In this document: positions 8,684 to 16,345 of the stretch, piece by piece | Layout: each line of letters opens with the position of its first letter | Numbering within the stretch: the first letter of the stretch is position 1 | Origin: a bacterium | GTDB taxonomy: Bacteria > DUMJ01 | Length of the DNA stretch: 40,306 nucleotides | Direction of reading: 5' to 3' | NCBI GenBank assembly: GCA_049970495.1 | Contig: JBMFMV010000009.1 | Coordinates: 1 to 40,306, forward strand | The notes under the pieces: model-generated | Databases searched by the model: none | The model's input: only the letters and a program-made list of their open reading frames with translations | What the model was told of the DNA's origin: nothing | Program-made: the position numbers and the translations under genes

Positions 8684-8992
8684 ATGAGAATATATGAAAG
8701 TGAAGAGTTAAAAAGGTTACTTAGGATATATTTATCTAGAGAAGAGAAGAGTAAAGTTTCTATCCAACCAAAGACTTATGATAAAGTTGAGATATCTAGG
8801 GAGGGAGAAATTTTATCGAAGGTATTTAAAGCAATGTCTACTATTGAAGAGCCAGAGATCTCGGAAAGGTTAAATGCGCTAAAGAGAGAAATAGAAGAGG
8901 AAAGATATAATATAAATGAGGAAGAGTTAGCTAGAAGAATACTTTCTGGAGAGGTTCCTGAAGATATTATAAAACTTTGGTTAGGTGAATAG
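8684..8992 (+). CDS. flgM: Anti-sigma28 factor FlgM
   Basis: DKVEIS motif and C-terminal ERLNALKREIEEERYNINEEELARRIL typical of FlgM. Confidence 0.85.
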   Translation: MRIYESEELKRLLRIYLSREEKSKVSIQPKTYDKVEISREGEILSKVFKAMSTIEEPEISERLNALKREIEEERYNINEEELARRILSGEVPEDIIKLWLGE

Positions 8993-8995
8993 TTT

Positions 8996-10420
8996 ATGAT
9001 ATCTACTTTCTTCGGTTTAGAGATTGCAAGGCGAGCCTTATTTGTAAACCGTTCGTTGATAGATATAACCTCTCATAATGTGGCTAATGCAAATACAGAA
9101 GGATATTCCAGACAGGAAGGTTTAGTAACTACGACTTCTCCTGTATTACTGCCTTCTATAGGAATTTTAGGAACTGGTGCAAAGTTGAGTTATATAAGAA
9201 GAGTTAGGAGTGAATTTTTAGATATTCAGTATAGGGATGAAAATAGGATAAAGAGTTATTGGGATGACTTAAAGAATTCTTTAGAGGAGATAGAGTATAT
9301 CCTAGGGGAGCCTACTGATAATGGCTTGGCTTCTACTTTGAGTTCCTTTTGGAATAGCTGGCAGGAGTTAAGTGTTAACCCTGAGAATATGTCCGTTAGG
9401 GGAGCACTAAAAGAAAAGGCTCAGACTCTTATATCTTTCTTGGCCCACCTAAGAAGTGAATTGGTTTTACAGAGAGGCCAGTTAAATAAAGACTTGGAAA
9501 TAAAGGTAAATTCTGTTAATGATATAGCAGTACAGATAGGAGCATTGAATGAGGAGATAAAGAGGGCTTATATAAGAGGTCAATCTCCAAATGACCTTTT
9601 AGATAAAAGAGACCTTTTACTCGATAAACTCTCCGAACTTTTAGATTTTGACGTAACTGTGAATGAAGTAGGCGAGGCTATTATAAATATAAGAGACCAC
9701 CTACTAGTAGGGATAAATAATACGGTATACAAGATGAAAGTCTCTGACGGGAGGGTTTTGTGGGAGGATGGACCAGATGTCTATTTAGCAAATGAACAGG
9801 GTAAGCTTTCAAGTATAATCTATGCAAGAGATACCATCATAGGCATTGCCGATGACAGAGGTTATGAATATGAAACTGGTTATATAGGTATTATCGATAG
9901 ATTAACTACTTCAATCTATGAGAGGGTCAACGAGCTACATAGGTCTGGTTATGGGTTGGATAATAGTACTGGTATTGACTTTTTCTCTCTTATAGATACA
10001 GGAAAGGGTATTGTTGCTACAAATGTAAAGATAAATGATCTGATATTAGAGGATCTCAATAAGATAGCTAGTGCTAGTCTCTTAGATGCCCCTGGGGATG
10101 GTTCTAATGCCTTAAAGATAGCTAAGGTTAGCAAGGAGTTCCTTATAGATGGAAGCTTTACAGTAGAGGATTATTGGCGGAATCAGATAAGTATGTTGGG
10201 GATTATCTCTCAGAGGGCAAATCTTATCTCTAATAATCAGAAGTCTCTCGTGGATGCTATTAATAGGAAACGGGAGGAGATATCTGGAGTTTCTATAGAT
10301 GAGGAGGTAATTAATATGATAAGGTATCAACAGGCATTCTCTGGAGCAAGTAGAATATTAACTACTTTAGATGAGATGCTTTCTATCTTGATAGAAAGAA
10401 CAGGAGTTGTTGGGAGGTAA
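8996..10420 (+). CDS. flgK: Flagellar hook-associated protein FlgK
   Basis: STFFGLEIARRAL...TSHNVANANTEGYSRQ, PNDLLDKRDLLLDKLS, GDGSNAL, SGVSIDEEVINMIRYQQAF. Confidence 0.97.
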   Translation: MISTFFGLEIARRALFVNRSLIDITSHNVANANTEGYSRQEGLVTTTSPVLLPSIGILGTGAKLSYIRRVRSEFLDIQYRDENRIKSYWDDLKNSLEEIEYILGEPTDNGLASTLSSFWNSWQELSVNPENMSVRGALKEKAQTLISFLAHLRSELVLQRGQLNKDLEIKVNSVNDIAVQIGALNEEIKRAYIRGQSPNDLLDKRDLLLDKLSELLDFDVTVNEVGEAIINIRDHLLVGINNTVYKMKVSDGRVLWEDGPDVYLANEQGKLSSIIYARDTIIGIADDRGYEYETGYIGIIDRLTTSIYERVNELHRSGYGLDNSTGIDFFSLIDTGKGIVATNVKINDLILEDLNKIASASLLDAPGDGSNALKIAKVSKEFLIDGSFTVEDYWRNQISMLGIISQRANLISNNQKSLVDAINRKREEISGVSIDEEVINMIRYQQAFSGASRILTTLDEMLSILIERTGVVGR

Positions 10421-10422
10421 AG

Positions 10423-11304
10423 ATGAGAGTAACATTTAATACGATAGCAAATAATGTCCTTAGTAATTTATCTAATAATCTTACAAATTTGGAGAAACTT
10501 CAGAATCAGCTCTCCAGTGGGAAAAAGATTATTAAGCCATCCGATGATCCAGTTTCTACGTTTAGACTCATGGAATTAAAGTCTATATTGAATACTAATG
10601 ATCAATACAATAGGAATATAGACTTTCTAAAAACAGAGTTAGACCTAGCCGATAGGGCGTTACAGAATATCTCCTCTGTTCTTAGAAGGGTTAAAGAGCT
10701 AGCATTAAGAGGAGCTAATGGTTCTCTCTCTCAAGAAGATAGATATGCTATAGCAAAAGAGGTAGATCAGCTTATAGACCATCTTGTACAGCTTGGAAAT
10801 ACAAATGTCTCCGGTAGGTATATCTTTGGAGGATATAGAACTACTTTAGCTCCTCTAGAGAGGAATGGAGATACAGTATCATATAGAGGAGACAATTATG
10901 TAAGGTCTGTAGAAATATCCAATAATGCGGTAATTGAGGCTAGTCCAACTGTAAAAACCTTATTTGTTGACTCTGAGATGTTTGATACTTTGATATCACT
11001 TAAAAATGCGCTCTTAGAAGGTAATATCACACAGATTAATAATGCGATAGGAAAGATAGATATCATAAGTGAAAAGGTAGATTCTGAATTATCTAGTTTG
11101 GGCGCTAGGCTGTCTAGAATAGAGCTTACTAGTGACCTGTTGTCAGATAGGATTACTAAATATACTGATCTATTATCAAAGCAGGGAGATATAGAAATAG
11201 AAGAAGTTGTCCTAAAGCTATATGCCCAGCAGAATGTATATCAGGCTAGTTTAATAGCAGCTTCTAGGGCATTACAGCCTAGCCTAATCAACTATTTGGG
11301 GTAA
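10423..11304 (+). CDS. flgL: Flagellar hook-associated protein FlgL
   Basis: MRVT...QLSSGKKIIKPSDDP, GRYIFGGY, LGARL, YQASL...LQPSLINYL. Follows flgK. Confidence 0.96.
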   Translation: MRVTFNTIANNVLSNLSNNLTNLEKLQNQLSSGKKIIKPSDDPVSTFRLMELKSILNTNDQYNRNIDFLKTELDLADRALQNISSVLRRVKELALRGANGSLSQEDRYAIAKEVDQLIDHLVQLGNTNVSGRYIFGGYRTTLAPLERNGDTVSYRGDNYVRSVEISNNAVIEASPTVKTLFVDSEMFDTLISLKNALLEGNITQINNAIGKIDIISEKVDSELSSLGARLSRIELTSDLLSDRITKYTDLLSKQGDIEIEEVVLKLYAQQNVYQASLIAASRALQPSLINYLG

Positions 11305-11312
11305 GAGAGGTT

Positions 11313-11741
11313 ATGTTAGTACGTACAGTACTTTTTGGGGATATAGAGATAGAGGATGAATATGAAATAAAATTCACTTCTCCAATCTTGGGGTTTGAAG
11401 AGGAGAGAGAATTTGTCATTATAAAAGAAAAGGAAGATTCTCCTTTTTATTGGTTACAGTCCATTAGGACTCCAGAATTGGCTTTTCTTTTGGCGGATCC
11501 ATTCGTCTTCTTTCCAGAGTATATAGTAGAACTTGATGAGTCCTACAGGGATAAAAATATTGCGATCTATGTCATAGTTTCATTAAATGAAGATTTTAAA
11601 CTTTCTACTGCAAATCTAGTAGCTCCAATTATTGTGGATGTAGATACTAAAGAGGCGTCACAAATTATCTTAGAAAATTCTCTATATACAACAAGGCATT
11701 ACATATTTGAAAATAGATCAGACCCAGTAGTGGTAGGTTGA
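11313..11741 (+). CDS. fliW: Flagellar assembly factor FliW (CsrA antagonist)
   Basis: FGDIEI..I.F..PILGFE, FYWLQS..PELAF..ADPFVFFPEY, TANLVAPII. Confidence 0.94.
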   Translation: MLVRTVLFGDIEIEDEYEIKFTSPILGFEEEREFVIIKEKEDSPFYWLQSIRTPELAFLLADPFVFFPEYIVELDESYRDKNIAIYVIVSLNEDFKLSTANLVAPIIVDVDTKEASQIILENSLYTTRHYIFENRSDPVVVG

Positions 11742-11742
11742 G

Positions 11743-11961
11743 ATGTTGGTCCTTACTAGAAAGAGAGGACAATCTATACTAGTAGGGGATGATGTAGAGA
11801 TTACTGTATTGGAAATAGATAGGGACCACGTGAAGTTAGGAATAAGTGCCCCAAAGGCTATCAAGGTGTATCGTAGAGAACTCTATGAGGAGATAAAAAA
11901 GACAAATGTAGAATCGATTGTAAAGAATAAGAATTTATTAGAAGGGTTACTTAAAAAGTGA
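11743..11961 (+). CDS. csrA: Carbon storage regulator CsrA
   Basis: MLVLTRKRGQSILVGDDVEITVLEI..DHVKLGISAPKAIKVYRRELYEEI. Confidence 0.98.
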   Translation: MLVLTRKRGQSILVGDDVEITVLEIDRDHVKLGISAPKAIKVYRRELYEEIKKTNVESIVKNKNLLEGLLKK

Positions 11962-12689
11962 ATTACGAATTAGTTATATGTCATCTCTATCCTGACCTTA
12001 TGAATCTCTATGGAGACAGAGGGAATATTGCTGTTCTAGTAAAAAGAGCTCAATGGAGGAGAATTAATGTAGATGTCATTCCTGTATCAATAGATGATGT
12101 AATACCTAGTGATACTGATATCTTCTTTATGGGCGGGGGACAAGATAGAGAACAGAGGCTTTTAGCTCCAGATTTAGTTTTTAAAAAGGGAGATACACTA
12201 AGAAAGTTAGCAGAGGATGGGATAGTATTTCTTGGAATCTGTGGAGGGTATCAGCTTTTTGGCCATTATTATAAGCCTAAAGATAGCCCCAAGTTAGATG
12301 GTATTGGTATTCTAGATGTCTATACCGAGGCTGGAGATAAAAGATTTATTGGGAATATTCTTGTCAAGTCTAAGGTAGAAGGCTGTAAAGATTTAACTCT
12401 AATAGGTTTCGAAAATCATAGTGGAAGAACGTACCTTGGTAAGAGCGCTAAACCTCTGGGAGAGGTTTTGAAGGGTTATGGGAATAATGGAACAGACAAA
12501 ACTGAAGGTGCTTGGCAAAGAAATGTCTTTGGAACTTATCTACACGGTCCACTATTACCTAAAAATCCTTGGTTTGCTGACCTTCTCATTGAAAGGGCAC
12601 TATCCCGTAAGTATGGTAGAATAAAACTTCTTCCCCTCGATGATGCCTTAGAACTTAATGCCCATAGAAAGGCGATAGAAATAATATAA
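11958..12689 (+). CDS. gatD: Type 1 glutamine amidotransferase, GatD/CobQ-like (lipid II isoglutaminyl synthase subunit)
   Basis: HLYPDLMNLYGDRGN, GGGQDREQ, ICGGYQL (catalytic Cys), GFENHSGRT, GTYLHGPLLPKNP. GTGA overlap with csrA. Confidence 0.9.
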   Translation: MNYELVICHLYPDLMNLYGDRGNIAVLVKRAQWRRINVDVIPVSIDDVIPSDTDIFFMGGGQDREQRLLAPDLVFKKGDTLRKLAEDGIVFLGICGGYQLFGHYYKPKDSPKLDGIGILDVYTEAGDKRFIGNILVKSKVEGCKDLTLIGFENHSGRTYLGKSAKPLGEVLKGYGNNGTDKTEGAWQRNVFGTYLHGPLLPKNPWFADLLIERALSRKYGRIKLLPLDDALELNAHRKAIEII

Positions 12690-12758
12690 GTCTTATTTTA
12701 AAATCAAACCTTTTGTGATAATATTTTATTCAAGAAGCCTAGATGGAGGAGGTGTCTT

Positions 12759-13916
12759 ATGTATATTAATGTAGGGCTTATAGGTTATAAGTTCATGGGA
12801 AAGGCGCATAGTCATGCCTATCTTGATATGCCTAAATTTTTTAAGCCTAAGGGTATTCCAGTTATGAAGGTTATTTGTGGTAGAGATGAGGTTGGTGTTA
12901 GAGAGACAGCTAATACATTTGGTTGGCAAGAGATAGAGACATCATGGGAAAGATTAGTAGAGAGGAAAGACATCGACCTTATTGATATAACTACCCCTAC
13001 TAATGTTCATAAGGAGATAGCTATAGCTGCAGCAGAAGCTGGAAAGCATATATTCTGTGAAAAACCACTAGCGATGAATCTTAGTGAGGCAAGAGAGATG
13101 CTAAAGGCAGTAGAATCTGCTGGTGTAAAGCATATGGTAGGTTTTAATTATAGGAGAGCCCCTGCAATAGCCTTAGCAAAGAAGCTTATACAGGAAGGAG
13201 CTATAGGAAAGATATATCACTTTAGAGCGGTATATTTACAGGATTGGATAGTAGATCCTAATTTCCCATTAGTCTGGAGACTACAGAGAGAGATAGCTGG
13301 TTCTGGCTCTCTAGGTGATCTTGGTGCTCATCTTATAGATATTGCTAGATATCTAGTTAGTGATTTTGAAGAGGTAGTTGGTATGAGCGAGACATTTGTA
13401 AAAGAGCGTCCATTAGCTGCTTCAATGACAGGTCTGAGTGCTAAGGCTGGAGAGGTGAAAGAGAAAGGGCAGGTTACAGTTGATGATGCCACCATCTTTC
13501 TCGCAAGGTTTAAGAATGGAGCCTTAGGAAGCTTTGAGGCTACTAGATTTGCTCCTGGTAGAAAGAATTATAACTCCTTCGAGATTAACGGAAGTGAAGG
13601 TTCTATAGTATTTAATTTTGAAAGGATGAATGAGTTACAATTCTATTCTAGAAAAGACCCGGAAGAGGCAAGTGGATTTAGGACAATCTTAGTAACAGAG
13701 CCAGTTCATCCATATATAAGTGCATGGTGGCCTCCTGGTCATATTATTGGCTATGAACATACATTTATTCATGAGGTCTATGACTTATGTGAAGCTATAG
13801 CAAATAATACTCCTATAGAGCCAAACTTCTACGACGGAGTCAAATGCCAAGAGGTCTTAGAGGCAGTAGAGCTTTCTATAAAAGAAAGGCGTTGGATTAA
13901 GATCTCTGAACTTTAG
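12759..13916 (+). CDS. Gfo/Idh/MocA family NAD(P)-dependent oxidoreductase
   Basis: GLIGYKFMGKAH Rossmann motif, HIFCEKPLA, GFNYR, GDLGAHLID, WWPPGHIIGYEHTF. SD GGAGGAGG. Confidence 0.93.
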   Translation: MYINVGLIGYKFMGKAHSHAYLDMPKFFKPKGIPVMKVICGRDEVGVRETANTFGWQEIETSWERLVERKDIDLIDITTPTNVHKEIAIAAAEAGKHIFCEKPLAMNLSEAREMLKAVESAGVKHMVGFNYRRAPAIALAKKLIQEGAIGKIYHFRAVYLQDWIVDPNFPLVWRLQREIAGSGSLGDLGAHLIDIARYLVSDFEEVVGMSETFVKERPLAASMTGLSAKAGEVKEKGQVTVDDATIFLARFKNGALGSFEATRFAPGRKNYNSFEINGSEGSIVFNFERMNELQFYSRKDPEEASGFRTILVTEPVHPYISAWWPPGHIIGYEHTFIHEVYDLCEAIANNTPIEPNFYDGVKCQEVLEAVELSIKERRWIKISEL

Positions 13917-15964
13917 AACTCTGGTAGACTTATAGTTCCCATACTAGGGAGAGCCTTTAGAGAAAAGCTTATAGAGGTTGTCTGAGTAATATAGTTATAC
14001 CTTAGATTCATTTCCCAACAGTGAAGGTCGTAGTTAATTCTTACCTCTTGAAATTGAAGAGTCTGGGCATAGTATTTCCAGGACATATCTAGTTTCCACT
14101 TTGGGTCTATCCTCCAACTTATTGTAGATACTGCGGTAATGTCTCCTAAATAGTACGGATTTATCGATAGATTAAGAGATATTTTATTTTCTTGACCTCC
14201 CTGCCAAGAGCTATTTATTACTATAGGAGCAAATGTAGAGTTTAGGATATCGTATCTACCTGATAAAGTTATAGAGTAATTATCTCCTTTAGATACCAAA
14301 CTTCCAGATATTGAATTTGAAGGTAGTGAAGGAAGGTCAGAGAGTATATTAAATAGGGAATTACCCCAACCTTCATTATACTCATAAGTCAGAGTGAGTC
14401 TAAGGTTCTGAACTATATCTTTTGTCCATTTTGCATTTATCCCTAGTCCTGCTACATAACTTTCTGGCGGATAGTAAGAACCATTTATTCTTATAGAAGA
14501 ATCCAAATCTCCATCCAAAAGCCTTATAACTTTCGGTGTAGTCTGTATATTCCCTTTAATAGCAAATCCTTGGATATTTGTTGGAAGCTCTATATAATTT
14601 CCAATATTTAACTCACCTGTTATATTAACATTAGGATCAGTGAGGATTCTAGAACTTAAAGAGAGTTCTGGTAGTTTAGTAAGCACTCGTGTATAACCAA
14701 ACTGTGATAAAGATGTTGTGTCTGGATAAGAAATTGTAAAGATCTCCCCTTTGACATTTATATCTTGGACCTTTGTGTTAGCAGTAATTCTATATTCGCC
14801 TATCTTTGCAGGAATATCTGCTTTTTTATAGTACCTATCTCTTAATGATAGAGAGGTGCTCACATCTCCGATCTTGGTAGTAGCAGTTATCCTATAGTCA
14901 TTCGCCTCTGTTGGTATACCTAAACTTTCATAGTATCTACTTGATAGAGATAACAAGGCATTTATATCTCCTATTTTTTCTGATGCAGATATGTTAGTAT
15001 TGTAGGAGTTCACATTATTAGTTCTATTTTCTAAACCCTGATGATGGAATGAATAACCTTTACTAGAAGCACTTATTCTATATCCCAATCTATCATAAAA
15101 TACGCTCTCCTTTGTGATTGCCCCACTTAATTTCACATCTCCCATTGTAGCCTCTTGAGTAAGTCCTATGTCAGCTCTTATCTTTTCTAGTGTTGGTAAC
15201 ACGTAAATATTTGCAGAACCAGGCCCAACATTTTTTATATTATAGAACTCAGTAAGCCCTAAACCTATCCCTGTTTTCTCTGCTAATTCAAGTGTGGCAT
15301 ACCCATATAGTTCTCTACTCTGATAATGACTATAGAATGTCTTTACGTAATATCCCTTATCTGTAGAATTTCCAATTTCTGGGATAACAGGCTGTCTGTC
15401 TGGATAGTCGAAAAGGAGATTGTAATATGGCAGAGAAAAGATTCTTGTATTACCTATATAAAAGCTTACATCTGTTGCATATAACCTCTCTTGAGGATAT
15501 ATGACTAACTCTCTCGCTTTTATATGGTAGTGGGGTGTCTCTAGGTCACAGGTGGTAAAGGATATCTCCTTTCCTTTAATACTACTGTCAGAGGTTTTTT
15601 CCAAACTATCCCCCTTAATATAAATAAAACCCTTTATACTTCTGTCTGTTATCTCTCCTTTTACATTATCAAGCCGATATTTGTCTTCTCTAAGAAAGAG
15701 AGTCAACCTCTCACCATTTAGAGTATTTTTCTCCTGTATTATACTTACATTCCCCTTTGCTACTAGTATCCACGTTTTAGGGTCTATTTCTAGATAATTG
15801 GCTTTAAGTGATATATCCTTATATTCTGCGATTATATTTCCAGTTGCAACCACTAACTCTTGGGATATCATTATCTGATCCCCTTTGAGTTTTATTGGAG
15901 AGTTAGCATGAGCTAGAGTAGTAAATATGACCATCAATACTATAGCAGCTATTAATCCCTTCAT
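13913..15964 (-). CDS. LptD/OstA-like outer-membrane beta-barrel protein
   Basis: Signal peptide (TLAHA), OstA beta-jellyroll (ATGNI..., AKGNV), FTTCDLETPHYHIKA motif, amphipathic beta strands, C-terminal YDLHCW and terminal Phe. Confidence 0.8.
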   Translation of the reverse strand: MKGLIAAIVLMVIFTTLAHANSPIKLKGDQIMISQELVVATGNIIAEYKDISLKANYLEIDPKTWILVAKGNVSIIQEKNTLNGERLTLFLREDKYRLDNVKGEITDRSIKGFIYIKGDSLEKTSDSSIKGKEISFTTCDLETPHYHIKARELVIYPQERLYATDVSFYIGNTRIFSLPYYNLLFDYPDRQPVIPEIGNSTDKGYYVKTFYSHYQSRELYGYATLELAEKTGIGLGLTEFYNIKNVGPGSANIYVLPTLEKIRADIGLTQEATMGDVKLSGAITKESVFYDRLGYRISASSKGYSFHHQGLENRTNNVNSYNTNISASEKIGDINALLSLSSRYYESLGIPTEANDYRITATTKIGDVSTSLSLRDRYYKKADIPAKIGEYRITANTKVQDINVKGEIFTISYPDTTSLSQFGYTRVLTKLPELSLSSRILTDPNVNITGELNIGNYIELPTNIQGFAIKGNIQTTPKVIRLLDGDLDSSIRINGSYYPPESYVAGLGINAKWTKDIVQNLRLTLTYEYNEGWGNSLFNILSDLPSLPSNSISGSLVSKGDNYSITLSGRYDILNSTFAPIVINSSWQGGQENKISLNLSINPYYLGDITAVSTISWRIDPKWKLDMSWKYYAQTLQFQEVRINYDLHCWEMNLRYNYITQTTSISFSLKALPSMGTISLPEF

Positions 15965-15994
15965 ATCAACCTCTATTTAATTATTTTTCTCTTA

Positions 15995-16003
15995 AGTATA
16001 CCA
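15995..16003 (-). promoter_or_regulatory. Putative extended -10 promoter of the lptD-like gene
   Basis: The minus strand reads TGGTATACT about 30 nt upstream of the ATG. Confidence 0.45.
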
Positions 16004-16101
16004 TAAAAAGAAGAATGATTGCCAAACTGCACTGTAATCACTTTCTAATATATCCAATCATAAGGGCTAATCTCTTTGTTTTACTCATTTCTGGCTTACT
16101 G

Positions 16102-16130
16102 TTGCTAAACTTTATTTTTTATGGTAAAAT
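16102..16130 (+). promoter_or_regulatory. Sigma70-type promoter for the tRNA-Ser/tRNA-Arg/phoH operon
   Basis: TTGCTA(16102-16107)-N17-TAAAAT(16125-16130) with an extended TG, 12 nt before tRNA-Ser. Confidence 0.7.
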
Positions 16131-16142
16131 CTTTCTAGGCAT

Positions 16143-16239
16143 GGAGAGGTGGCCGAGTAGGTCTAAGGCGGTCGCCTGCTAAGCGATTGGATGTGTTTCA
16201 AAGCACATCCCGTGGGTTCGAATCCCACCCTCTCCGCCA
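16143..16239 (+). tRNA. trnS: tRNA-Ser (GCT), class II with long variable arm
   Basis: Acceptor GGAGAGG/CCTCTCC, anticodon arm GTCGC-CTGCTAA-GCGAT, variable stem GGATGTGTT/AGCACATCC, T arm GTGGG-TTCGAAT-CCCAC, G73, CCA. Confidence 0.96.
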
Positions 16240-16247
16240 TTTTAAAA

Positions 16248-16324
16248 GTGCCTGTAGTTCAGCTGGATAGAACGGTGGACCCCGGATCCACTGGTGGGGA
16301 GTTCGAATCTCCCCAGGCACACCA
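16248..16324 (+). tRNA. trnR: tRNA-Arg (CCG), atypical (C33, G48)
   Basis: Acceptor GTGCCTG/CAGGCAC, D arm GTTC/GAAC with A20, anticodon arm GTGGA-CCCCGGA-TCCAC, T arm GGGAG-TTCGAAT-CTCCC, CCA. Confidence 0.88.
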
Positions 16325-16345
16325 GAGGAAGAGGTGATTTGATCT

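Noticed and set aside
3628..10420. Amber (TAG) recoding or read-through producing FlgI-FlgJ-HDOD and FlgN-FlgM-FlgK fusions, since these genes are in frame and separated by TAG
   Set aside because: TAG ends tuf, flgH, fabI and hslU exactly at their conserved C-termini, and no conserved gene has an internal TAG. The fusions would also join periplasmic or exported proteins to cytoplasmic ones.
453..12689. Flagellar cluster as a genomic island integrated at tRNA-Trp
   Set aside because: No duplicated tRNA 3' end (att site) seen, no adjacent integrase, and the composition looks like the rest of the window.
16015..16182. 55-codon hydrophobic ORF upstream of tRNA-Ser
   Set aside because: It overlaps the tRNA promoter and the tRNA itself, has no SD, and its hydrophobicity is explained by T-rich promoter DNA.
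16143..16239. Long tRNA as selenocysteine tRNA (selC)
   Set aside because: The anticodon is GCT with a standard 7-bp acceptor stem, so it is an ordinary tRNA-Ser.
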